Origin: Gemmatimonadota bacterium | GTDB taxonomy: Bacteria; GCA-2686955 | Assembly: GCA_002686955.1 (NCBI GenBank) | Contig: NYZA01000108.1 | Span: forward strand, 1,312-65,311 | Length of the DNA: 64,000 nucleotides | Direction of reading: 5' to 3' | Shown here: piece by piece, positions 18,048 through 26,586 of the stretch | Layout of the letters: the number at the start of each line of letters is the position of its first letter | How positions within the stretch are numbered: the first letter of the stretch is position 1 | The notes under the pieces: generated by a model | Database searches by the model: none | What the model was told of the DNA's origin: nothing | What the model saw: the letters and a program-made list of their open reading frames with translations, nothing else | Translations under genes and position numbers: made by a program

Positions 18048-19697
18048 TTACCACCTGGAGCGGGACGGAACCCGCTCCACGATCGCCACATCTCCGCCGG
18101 GATCGGGACGCAGTAGGGTGTCGTGCGCAACCTCTTCCGGTCGTGGCCGCTCCCGCAACCAGTGGAGCCCGCGGCTCTCCGGTCGTGCCAAGGCGGACTG
18201 GACGATGAGAAGCCCGGTGGTCACGATCGAGCGCAGCTCGAGCAGATCCTCCGACGGTCGCGACATCGCCGCCAGGCCGTGCACTTCCGACGCGGCCTGA
18301 GCAAGCCGGTCGGCGGCCCGGGCCAGCCGTGCCCGGGTCCGCACGATGCCCGCGTAGTCCTGCATCAGATCGGCCACCGCCGCTCGGATCGTTGCGACCC
18401 GCCCAAAGGGTGGGGGATCGCCCCGCGCCATCAACGCCTCGATCGACGTGCGCACCCCCGCGCGCGCCGCGCCATGGTCGACACCTTCGACACCGCTCGC
18501 CGCGATGGCCGCCCGATGTGCGAAAACGACCGCCTCGAGGAGCGAATTCGACGCCAATCGGTTGGCGCCATGGACACCGGTGCAGGCCACCTCCCCGGCC
18601 GCGAAGAGCCCGGGCATGGAAGCCGCTCCCTCGTGATCGGTGACGACACCACCGCACGAGTAGTGCGCCGACGGCGCTACCGGAATCGCCCCTTTCTCGA
18701 TATCGATTCCGTGTTTCGCGCAGCGTGCATGAATGTGCGGGAAGCGGTCCTCGAAGCGACCCGGGGCGAAGTGGGTTACGTCGAGCAATACGTGTGGGTC
18801 GCCTCGTCGTTTCAGCTCCGCATCGATCGCCCGGGCGACGATGTCGCGAGAGGCGAGCTCTCTGCGCTCGTCGTAGCGGTGCATGAACGCGCGGCCGTCG
18901 AGCGTTTTGAGAATCCCGCCTTCTCCCCGCACGGCCTCGGAGATGAGGAAGGAATCGGCCGAGTCCACCGCGAGCGCGGTCGGATGGAACTGGATGAACT
19001 CCATGTTCGCGATGACCACGCCGGCGCGAAACGCCATAGCCACCCCGTCGCCGGTCGCGATCTCGGGGTTGGTCGTCCGCGGAAAGACCTGCCCGCAGCC
19101 GCCCGTGCTCAGCATCGTCGTGCGGGCCAGCACAACGCCCACCTCGCCCGTTGCCGAGTCGAGAATCAAGGCGCCGCGACAACCATGCCATCCATCACCG
19201 CCCACGCCGGTGATCAGATCGATCGCCACGTGGTGGTCGGAGAGCTCGATCCGATCGTTCGATTCGCACGCCGCCACGAGCGCACGCTCGATCTCGGCAC
19301 CCGTCAGATCCTTTGCATGCGCGATGCGCCGGTGGCTGTGCCCACCCTCAATACCCAGTGCCAGACCCGATCGATCGGCGTCCTTCGTGAACCCCACCCC
19401 CAGAGCGATCAGCTCCGCTATTCGCACCGGCCCCTCTTCGACCATGAGCCGAACGGTCTGCTCGTGGCACAACCCCGCCCCCGCGCGGATCGTGTCGTGA
19501 ACATGCGCCTCCAGGCTGTCGGTCGGATCTAGAACCGCAGCGATCCCACCCTGCGCCCGGTTGGTGCTGCTTTCGTGGTGCTCCTTCTTGGTCACCACCC
19601 GCACCGATCCTCCTCGTCGCGCCACTTCGATCGCGAAGCTAAGCCCGGCGATGCCGCTGCCGATTACGAGATGGTCGACCTCTTCGATTCGAGGCAT
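18048..19697 (-). CDS. nadB: L-aspartate oxidase
   Basis: FAD motif VIGSGIAGLS. Fumarate reductase/succinate dehydrogenase-like flavoprotein blocks (RAQGGIAA, HPTAL, GLFAAGEVACTGVHGANRLASNSLLE). Confidence 0.9.
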   Translation of the reverse strand: MPRIEEVDHLVIGSGIAGLSFAIEVARRGGSVRVVTKKEHHESSTNRAQGGIAAVLDPTDSLEAHVHDTIRAGAGLCHEQTVRLMVEEGPVRIAELIALGVGFTKDADRSGLALGIEGGHSHRRIAHAKDLTGAEIERALVAACESNDRIELSDHHVAIDLITGVGGDGWHGCRGALILDSATGEVGVVLARTTMLSTGGCGQVFPRTTNPEIATGDGVAMAFRAGVVIANMEFIQFHPTALAVDSADSFLISEAVRGEGGILKTLDGRAFMHRYDERRELASRDIVARAIDAELKRRGDPHVLLDVTHFAPGRFEDRFPHIHARCAKHGIDIEKGAIPVAPSAHYSCGGVVTDHEGAASMPGLFAAGEVACTGVHGANRLASNSLLEAVVFAHRAAIAASGVEGVDHGAARAGVRTSIEALMARGDPPPFGRVATIRAAVADLMQDYAGIVRTRARLARAADRLAQAASEVHGLAAMSRPSEDLLELRSIVTTGLLIVQSALARPESRGLHWLRERPRPEEVAHDTLLRPDPGGDVAIVERVPSRSRW

Positions 19698-19759
19698 GAA
19701 GGAAACCCCTATGGTGACGGACTATGATACATGAGCCGGAGAGGGGGAAGGGTCCTTGA

Positions 19760-20440
19760 TCACTCTCCGTATATTCTCCTCATATCTGGTCGTTCGGTGC
19801 AGAAATAATGTACCCATATGTAGCAATGCTGAAAAGCCGCGACGATCAGAGCGGACCGGGAGTCGAGTGCGATGGCGATGATCCAGAGGAAGAGAAACGC
19901 AAAAGTGTACATGGCATTCGGAACATAACGGAAGACGCCCCGGCGGACCTTTCCCAATCGGCGGATCTCGGGATCAAAATGGTCTTTTCCCATCGCTCTC
20001 GATACGCCGAAATAGCGGAACACGGAATAGAGCGTATAGATCAATAGCGGGAGCATTGGAAGTGCCAGCGAAACACCGATGCTCGGAGGCAGGCTGAGAG
20101 AACCGCGATCGGTCCAGGCGAGGCAGAAGAGCGTGATCGGGCGAGCGGAGAGGAGTATCAGAAAGTCAGCGGCGTAAACGGGAAAGGCATATCTGCCGAG
20201 AGGTTGAGAGACACCTTTATAGAGCAACTCGATTCGCCAGACCGCCCAGATGTAGATTTGGTGCACCGCGGGAATCGCAAGGGAGAGCGCGAACCAACCG
20301 CCGGCGCCGATTCCGAGCAATCGAGTGTCGTTGGTCCACGGATGGCCGAAACCCCAGGCCAGTGCCAGCAGCAGGACAAGGAGCATCCAATGCGTCGGTT
20401 GTCCTTCGAGGAATTCCCGCCGGCGCGAAGTTGTGTTCAT
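19760..20440 (-). CDS. integral-membrane methyltransferase family protein (ICMT/PEMT-like)
   Basis: Multi-TM protein with a C-terminal GVFRYVPNAMYTFAFLFLW motif resembling the ICMT/PEMT signature. ATGA overlap with the lpxK stop at 20437-20440. Confidence 0.55.
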   Translation of the reverse strand: MNTTSRRREFLEGQPTHWMLLVLLLALAWGFGHPWTNDTRLLGIGAGGWFALSLAIPAVHQIYIWAVWRIELLYKGVSQPLGRYAFPVYAADFLILLSARPITLFCLAWTDRGSLSLPPSIGVSLALPMLPLLIYTLYSVFRYFGVSRAMGKDHFDPEIRRLGKVRRGVFRYVPNAMYTFAFLFLWIIAIALDSRSALIVAAFQHCYIWVHYFCTERPDMRRIYGE

Positions 20441-21537
20441 TGTTTCGCCATGGCGCAAACCCGCTCGATCGCGGTCCACAGGATCGCACTGGAGTGTTCG
20501 TCCCAAGTCAGTTTCCGCTCGAAGACAAGACATCGGAGCTTCACGGCGGTGGTGTCGATCAGTGGCGCGAGCTTGACCGCGTCTTTCGTTGTCGCGACAA
20601 CGCCGCGGGCGCCACGTTGCTGAGCGCGACGCAGGAACGAGTCGAGCTCGCCACGATCGTAGAAGTGGTGATCGCCCTTCCACAGGCGGGCAACCGGATT
20701 TGCGCCGAGGGAACGGATATCTTGCTCGAAGCTCTCCGGTCGGGCGATTGCCGCGACCAGAGCGACCGGCTCGTTCCGCAAAGTGTCGATGTCGATCGCT
20801 TCGCCACCGCGAAGAGGGCGCAGGCATCCGGGCGAGAATGCGAAGGCGACGTCGGCGTCCGGATCGAATGGGCGACCCGCGGCCCACGGATTAGGGGTGG
20901 GCGGAGAGACGGATCGCTTCTCTGGCTCGGCGAAGAGACGCAGATCGGCGCGTGCCGCCGCCGCCCAGGGCTCCCGCATCCGTCCGGCGGGCAGAGGAGC
21001 CAGGTCGCCGCGGGACTCGGTATCGGCGTTGGGCATCACCACGAGATCGAGATCGCGGGCCAGGCGCCGGTGCTGGAAGCCGTCGTCGAGCACCACGATC
21101 CGGGCGCCGGTGAGATCGCGCGCGGTCATGGCGGCGGCCACTCGGTCGCTCCCCACGACCACCGCGGCGGCTCCAAGCAGGGCCTGTGCACTGGCGATCG
21201 CCTCGTCTCCCGCCTCGGCCACCGAAGAGAGAATCCGGTCTCCCTTCGATACGATTCGAACCTTGCGGTCCCCGGCGCCGCCGTAACCTCGTGAGACGAG
21301 AGCGACGTTGTGGCCCCGCGTCGCGATCCGGCGGGTCAGGTCGAGCGCGATCGGCGTCTTGCCCGATCCGCCCGCCATCAGCCCTCCCACGGAGACCACC
21401 GGGACGCCGACTGACCATTCGCGAAGGGCGCCGATGGCGTGGCCGATAGATCGAACGCGCCACGCGAGCCGCCACGGGAGCGCCCCGGCACGAAGCACGC
21501 AAGTCCCCGCGCGACTGCCGCGCAGCGATTCCTGCAT
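20437..21537 (-). CDS. lpxK: tetraacyldisaccharide 4'-kinase
   Basis: P-loop VVSVGGLMAGGSGKTP and overall LpxK-like sequence. Adjacent to lpxB. Start at ATG 21537 (MQESL) avoids overlapping lpxB. Confidence 0.85.
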   Translation of the reverse strand: MQESLRGSRAGTCVLRAGALPWRLAWRVRSIGHAIGALREWSVGVPVVSVGGLMAGGSGKTPIALDLTRRIATRGHNVALVSRGYGGAGDRKVRIVSKGDRILSSVAEAGDEAIASAQALLGAAAVVVGSDRVAAAMTARDLTGARIVVLDDGFQHRRLARDLDLVVMPNADTESRGDLAPLPAGRMREPWAAAARADLRLFAEPEKRSVSPPTPNPWAAGRPFDPDADVAFAFSPGCLRPLRGGEAIDIDTLRNEPVALVAAIARPESFEQDIRSLGANPVARLWKGDHHFYDRGELDSFLRRAQQRGARGVVATTKDAVKLAPLIDTTAVKLRCLVFERKLTWDEHSSAILWTAIERVCAMAKQ

Positions 21538-21556
21538 CCCGGCAAGGTCGCTACGC

Positions 21557-22717
21557 CTATTCACGCCGCACTGCCCGATCGAGCTGCTCGATGATGAGCT
21601 CTGCGGTTCGGCGGGCGGCGCCCGGGCGGCCGAGGCGTTCACGCACCCGCGAGAGCTCGCCGCGCATGCGCTCCCTTTCCGGCCGAGAATCGAGCAGTTT
21701 GCCCAGCTCGGCGGCGATCCTGGTGGGGGTCGCAGCGCGCTGCAGCAGCTCGGGGACGATCGTCTTCCCGGCGATGATATTCGGAAGTCCGAGGTGATCG
21801 AGGCGAACGACCGCCTTGCCGACCGCCCAGGTCAGTGGGGAGACGCGGTACACCAAGACATGGGGGATGCCCGCGAGAGCCGCCTGAAGGGTCGCCGTGC
21901 CCGAAGCGATGATGGCGGCGTCGGCGTGGGCGAAAACGGCGTCGGAGCGGCCTTCCAGAACAATGACCGGCGCGCGGCAGCGGGCCACTTCGGTGGCGAC
22001 TCGGACCGAATCGACTCCGGGTGCGCGCGGCAAGACGAAGCGCAGATCGGGACGCGTGCGGATCAGCTCTTCGGCTGCCATGAGCATCGGCCGGAGCAGC
22101 CGCCGGATCTCCTGGTCACGGCTTCCCGGCAGGAGTCCGACGATTCGTTCGTCCCTTTCGGCATCGCAGAGGCGCGCCAATTCGGGGCGGGGCAGCGCCT
22201 CTGCCGGCTCGTCGAGCAGGGGATGACCCATCCAACGGGCGTCCACGCCGGCATCGCGCCAGAGCTTCTCCTCGAAGTTGAAAATCACCGCCAGGCGGCC
22301 GATCGAGCCACGGACCTTTCCGATCCGCCCCTTTCCCCACGCCCACACTTTTGGGGCGATGTAGTGCAGAGTGGGGACTCCGGCGCGGGCGGCCTTTCGA
22401 GCCAAGCGCAGATTGAAGCCCGGGTAGTCGACCGTGACACACAGATCGATGCCGCCTCCCTCTAGCTCGGCGGCGAGTTTTCGCATCGCCCGGCGCAGGG
22501 CCGGCAGATGCCGTGCCACCTCGACCAGCCCGACGACGGCGAGCTCTTCGGCAGGGAAGATCGCCTCTACCCCGGCGGCGACCATTCGCCGCCCCGCCAC
22601 ACCGACAAAGCGGATATCGGGACGGATTTCGCGGGCGGCGGCCACGACCCGCGCGGCGTGCTCGTCACCGGAAACCTCCCCGGCGCTGATCAGAACGGTC
22701 GGAGCAGTGGAGCCCAT
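21557..22717 (-). CDS. lpxB: lipid-A-disaccharide synthase
   Basis: N-terminal ISAGEVSGDEHAARVV motif. GT19-like sequence throughout, ending in ...ASGTATLQAAL.... Confidence 0.9.
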   Translation of the reverse strand: MGSTAPTVLISAGEVSGDEHAARVVAAAREIRPDIRFVGVAGRRMVAAGVEAIFPAEELAVVGLVEVARHLPALRRAMRKLAAELEGGGIDLCVTVDYPGFNLRLARKAARAGVPTLHYIAPKVWAWGKGRIGKVRGSIGRLAVIFNFEEKLWRDAGVDARWMGHPLLDEPAEALPRPELARLCDAERDERIVGLLPGSRDQEIRRLLRPMLMAAEELIRTRPDLRFVLPRAPGVDSVRVATEVARCRAPVIVLEGRSDAVFAHADAAIIASGTATLQAALAGIPHVLVYRVSPLTWAVGKAVVRLDHLGLPNIIAGKTIVPELLQRAATPTRIAAELGKLLDSRPERERMRGELSRVRERLGRPGAARRTAELIIEQLDRAVRRE

Positions 22718-22759
22718 CTGGCTGGCAGGCTAGCACGGCATTCAAGGTAAGCTCCGCGG

Positions 22760-23113
22760 ATGGCGTCGATGCTTCTTCTGCTCGTGGCGAACCCTGAGAG
22801 CGACGGCGCACGCTGTGAAGCGGGTTTGCTCCTGGCGCTGAACACAAGACGAACCGATATCCTGAACGAAGTGCGGGTGATGCTCTACGGGAGCGGGGTG
22901 CGGATCCTGGACGCGGAGATCGATGAGCAAGACCGATTCGGCGACCTGCTCCGACGGCTCGTGGATGAAGGAGTCGAAGTGGTCGCTTGCACCGGCAGTC
23001 TGCTGGAGCACGGAATGGGACGCGCGGCCCGAAGTGCGGGAATCGCGCCGGCGGGAGCGCAGGTATATCTGCCGGCCAGAATCTCCGAAGGGTTCTCGAT
23101 CGTGACCTTCTGA
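22760..23113 (+). CDS. DsrE/DsrF-like sulfur-relay family protein
   Basis: 117 aa. Pattern LLLLVANPESDG...VMLYGSGV...GVEVVACTGSL is typical of the DsrE-like fold. Confidence 0.5.
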   Translation: MASMLLLLVANPESDGARCEAGLLLALNTRRTDILNEVRVMLYGSGVRILDAEIDEQDRFGDLLRRLVDEGVEVVACTGSLLEHGMGRAARSAGIAPAGAQVYLPARISEGFSIVTF

Positions 23114-23418
23114 TGTGAGTGTGATGCGCAAACCGGCCCCGGCGTCGGGATCAGGCGTCGCGGTCGCGGAATCCCACGGGTAGCGACCCCCGCGCCATCT
23201 CGACAAAGTTGTCGAGAGACGCATTCTTGGTCGAAAAGCTCGACATAATCGTCGAGTTTCTTCCTTTGGAGAGGGCCCGATTGCAACTGATCGTCGCCGT
23301 AACCCATTGTAATAAAACAGAGTATCCGACATGCACGGGATCTGGCACAAGCGATGCAGTGAAGCGCCCCATGCGGCCGGCGGGTGGTCCGTCGCCGACA
23401 ATTCGGGAGATCCCCATC

Positions 23419-23646
23419 ATGAAGTATCTCAGCAAGCTGCCCCTGGCTCTCGGCGCCGCCGCTCTCATGGCTGGCGCCCTTCAGCTCTCACTTCCCGCCG
23501 TCGCCTCCGCCGGTGATTGCGAGGATCGGTGTGCTCATTGGGCGCGCCAGCGGTTCGAGCGCTGTGTCAACGCCGGTCACGACCGCGAGCGCTGTGCCCA
23601 TTGGGCGCGCGACCAGTACCGCCGCTGTGTCCGGGAGCATTGCTAG
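23419..23646 (+). CDS. small secreted Cys-rich repeat protein
   Basis: Signal peptide MKYLSKLPLALGAAALMAGALQLSLPAVASA. Internal duplication of RCAHWARxxxxRCV, with 7 Cys in about 45 mature residues. Confidence 0.6.
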   Translation: MKYLSKLPLALGAAALMAGALQLSLPAVASAGDCEDRCAHWARQRFERCVNAGHDRERCAHWARDQYRRCVREHC

Positions 23647-23719
23647 CAGCTCCGACGATCCGCCGCGCTCTCCCCCTCCAGGCGCGGTGGATTTCGGTAC
23701 CCTCGACCGAGGTTGACCG

Positions 23720-24304
23720 ATGCCACGAGCCATCGTTCTGATTTCACTCTTTCTCGTCGGCCTCTCGGTCGAAGTCGCCTTCCTGGTGCGCCAGGGTCGC
23801 GCCCTCCGGGGCGATCTGGACCGCGCACTCCAGATGCTGCACGCGACCCAAGAGGAGCTCGCGAAAGCCCGCGCCAACACCTCACTCTCAGGGATCGCCG
23901 CGGAGCCCTTCCAACTCATGACGACCGAAGGCGACTCGATCGAACTCGGCGCGGGCCCCTCATTCGTAGTCTTCTTCTCGACCACCTGCCCGGCGTGCAA
24001 CGAAGACGCACCGATCTGGGGTGACCTCTACCGCGACTACTCCGATGCCGGCGTCCGCTTCGTCGGTGTCTGCGTAAAGGCAGAGGACGAATCCGCGCAA
24101 GCCTTCGCCGACAGATGGGAAGTCGACTTCCCCGTCGCCTACACCGACGATCCCCGCGTATCTCTGGCCTACCGCGCCGACTACCTGCCCAGGCGAATCC
24201 TGATCGACGCCGACGGCCTCATCGCCTGGTCCGATCGGGCCGATGCCCCCCTCGGCGTCGAAGGCGAGGCGGAAGTCCGCGAAGCGCTGGAAGGGTTGTT
24301 GTAG
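23720..24304 (+). CDS. TlpA/ResA-like thiol:disulfide oxidoreductase (membrane-anchored thioredoxin fold)
   Basis: N-terminal TM helix. Redox motif FFSTTCPACNE. Trx-fold continuation ...PRRILIDADGLIAW. Confidence 0.85.
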   Translation: MPRAIVLISLFLVGLSVEVAFLVRQGRALRGDLDRALQMLHATQEELAKARANTSLSGIAAEPFQLMTTEGDSIELGAGPSFVVFFSTTCPACNEDAPIWGDLYRDYSDAGVRFVGVCVKAEDESAQAFADRWEVDFPVAYTDDPRVSLAYRADYLPRRILIDADGLIAWSDRADAPLGVEGEAEVREALEGLL

Positions 24305-24587
24305 AAACACACCCCATCTCGGTCGAGGCGTAGATGGATCGTGCCGGCCAGCGCCGGTCCGGCGACGAACGCCGCGGCGGTCGATAGGGAAGGAATCCTT
24401 CCCATGGTCGTCCTCCTGTTTACTCGCAGTCTAACAACCCCCGGAGCAATCATCGACCCCCCAAGGGTCCCCGGCTGACCCCGAGAGCCGACCGCGCCGG
24501 CACGATCGACGGAGGTCAACACGGTATGAGTCAAAGAGTTGTGGGACGGCGATATGCGCAGGCACATCTCATGCACTCCACCAGGCC

Positions 24588-25538
24588 ATGCGCCTCCCGC
24601 TCCTCTTCGTGTTGTTCCCAATCGCCGTCGCTCAACCGGCGGCGCACTCCGGCCTCCTTATCACCGAGGTCCTGGCCAACGCCCGCGATGAATCGGGCTC
24701 CCCTGGTTCGGGAGAGTGGGTCGAGCTGCTGAACGCGGGCCCCGGCGAGATCGACTTCGGGGGCTGGACGATTAGCGATGGAGATCAAACCGACGAGGTG
24801 GTCGCGGCGAATCCCGGTGGTTCGACGGTGCTCGGGCCCAGGCGCTTCGCGCTGATCATCGATCCCGACCGCCCGCGAGCCGACGCTCCTTGGCCACGCG
24901 GAACACTCCTGCTCACGGTGGACGACCGCTCGATCGGCAACGGGCTCTCTCCCTCCGATCGCCTTCGAATCGCGCCACCGCTCGGCGGGCGAGCCGCCAC
25001 CTACTTCGAGGGCGAAGAGAGCGAGCCTCCCGATCCGGGAAGGGGGCTCTCGATGGAGCGGGTGCGCCTGAAGGTGCGCGAGAAAGGCCGCGAGAACTGG
25101 CGCCCCTCCCGCCTCGTCGGGGGCACCCCCGGGGCACTCAACTCGGCCACCCTGCTGAATCTGCATTCGAAAGGAGCCGGAGCCGCCCGGTGGCTCTGGT
25201 CTTCGGGCGAGTGGGGAATCGCATCGGCCGATTGGTCCGCGGCGTGGATGGCCGAAGCCGGCTCCCACTCGATGGGAAGCGAAGGCTCGGCCGCCGCCGC
25301 TCGCGTCTCCACAGCGGCCGACGGATCGGCGCGCCTATCCCTTCGCCTCGGTCCCGATGTCGAGGGGCGGGTGCTCCATCTCTCGCTCGATCTGGCCGAG
25401 GGCTCGCTCCTGCCCGCCCTCTTCGGCGGGCAGACTACTTCTGCTGGGGAGGCTCCTCCACGTAGACCCATGGCCGGATCTTCTCCAGCGTCTTCGGACC
25501 GATCCCCTTCACCTCGAGAAGCTCCTCCACCGTCTTGA
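24588..25538 (+). CDS. secreted lamin-tail-domain (LTD) protein
   Basis: Signal peptide followed by LLITEVLANA...EWVELLNAGPGEIDFGGWTISDGD...GLSMERV, which matches the LTD pattern. The low-complexity C-terminus overlaps the convergent gene by about 100 nt. Confidence 0.65.
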   Translation: MRLPLLFVLFPIAVAQPAAHSGLLITEVLANARDESGSPGSGEWVELLNAGPGEIDFGGWTISDGDQTDEVVAANPGGSTVLGPRRFALIIDPDRPRADAPWPRGTLLLTVDDRSIGNGLSPSDRLRIAPPLGGRAATYFEGEESEPPDPGRGLSMERVRLKVREKGRENWRPSRLVGGTPGALNSATLLNLHSKGAGAARWLWSSGEWGIASADWSAAWMAEAGSHSMGSEGSAAAARVSTAADGSARLSLRLGPDVEGRVLHLSLDLAEGSLLPALFGGQTTSAGEAPPRRPMAGSSPASSDRSPSPREAPPPS

Positions 25539-26586
25539 AGGGTCCATTTTCGGCTCTGTAGGCGAGGATGCGTTGGGCGGTCACCGGCCCCACGCTGGGC
25601 AAGCGATCGAGCGTCTTCGCATCGGCCCGATTCAGATCGATCGGCTGATCGGGCGTCGTGGCGCCCCGTGAAGACCTGACCCTGAAGCGCGCGGGTTGAT
25701 CGGGCAGAAGAGAGCCGTAGTGCAGAACGAGGCCGAGCCGATGGGTTCCTCCCAAACTGGGGTGATCCATGAAGGCGTAGTCGAGCCGCGCGCGGCTGAG
25801 CTGGGCGCCGAAACCGAGGGAGTAGAGCATCGGCGTCGTGGAATAACCCGGCTGAGGGTTGCCGACGGTGGCCGCCATTCCGGCTCGCAACGCCAGGAGT
25901 TTGTGTACGCGCACCTCTTGGCCGATGTGCAGGCGCGCGGGGAACCCCTCTTCGACGGAGAGGTCGGCGGCGAGCAGAATCCCCTGCTCCACGTCGAAGG
26001 CGATTCCCAGTTTGCCCGCACGTCCCGGCTCGACGGAGGCGTCGCCGATGCTGGGGCGATTCAGGTGGCGACCGACCGCGCCGACTCGGATCCGGTCGGT
26101 GGCGCGGTAGAGCAGTCCGGCATCGAGGCTCGGTCCCCAATCGGCGCCGTAGGTCGGGCGGATGTCGAGGCCGAGAAACGCGATCGACGCACCCAGGAGC
26201 AGACGATCGTGCACCTCTCTGGCCACTCCCAGCCGCAGTGTTCGCTCGGTGTAGTAGTTCGACTTGCCCAGGGTGGTGACGCCGATTCCGAAGGAGCCGA
26301 TCACGGTGGGTTGCACGACCGAGAAGGCGAGCTGGTCGAGGTTTCCCAGACCGAAGGGGCGCGCCACTTCGGTCATCATCTCTCCGCCAGCCAGAAGCCG
26401 CATGCCGGCGGGATTCCAGAAGAGCGCCGCGGCGTCGTCGGCGAGCGCCGCGTGCGCCCCAGCGAGCGCCAGCGGACGTGCCCCGCGCTCCAAATCTTCG
26501 AAAGCCGCCCGAGCGGAGTCGGGAGCGACGAATGCGAAGAGCGTGATCAGCAGACCCGCGGCGACTCGGATGGTTGGGCGCCTCAT
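25435..26586 (-). CDS. FadL/PorV-like outer-membrane beta-barrel with C-terminal ComEA-type helix-hairpin-helix DNA-binding module
   Basis: Signal peptide, then the N-terminal motif LALAGAHAALADDAAALFWNPAGM. The C-terminus IDLNRADAKTLDRLPSVGPVTAQRILAYRAENGPFKTVEELLEVKGIGPKTLEKI is a textbook ComEA HhH domain. ATGA overlap with the upstream gene. Confidence 0.75.
   Translation of the reverse strand: MRRPTIRVAAGLLITLFAFVAPDSARAAFEDLERGARPLALAGAHAALADDAAALFWNPAGMRLLAGGEMMTEVARPFGLGNLDQLAFSVVQPTVIGSFGIGVTTLGKSNYYTERTLRLGVAREVHDRLLLGASIAFLGLDIRPTYGADWGPSLDAGLLYRATDRIRVGAVGRHLNRPSIGDASVEPGRAGKLGIAFDVEQGILLAADLSVEEGFPARLHIGQEVRVHKLLALRAGMAATVGNPQPGYSTTPMLYSLGFGAQLSRARLDYAFMDHPSLGGTHRLGLVLHYGSLLPDQPARFRVRSSRGATTPDQPIDLNRADAKTLDRLPSVGPVTAQRILAYRAENGPFKTVEELLEVKGIGPKTLEKIRPWVYVEEPPQQK

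Noticed and set aside
18040-19191. N-terminal ~380 codons of the 532-aa ORF 17593-19191, and the 469-aa ORF 18123-19532 (+)
   Set aside because: Both overlap nadB, which has clear FAD motifs, in other frames or on the other strand. Only the last 148 codons of the 532-aa ORF (rlmH, ATG at 18039) look like a real protein.
24181-24621. Small - strand ORF with a strong Shine-Dalgarno-like CAGGAGG 7 nt before ATG 24405 (MGRIPSLSTAAAFVAGPALAG...)
   Set aside because: The ORF runs antisense into the 3' end of the tlpA-like gene, and its downstream part is Ser/Arg/Pro low-complexity. It could be a short leader peptide or nothing. Evidence is insufficient.
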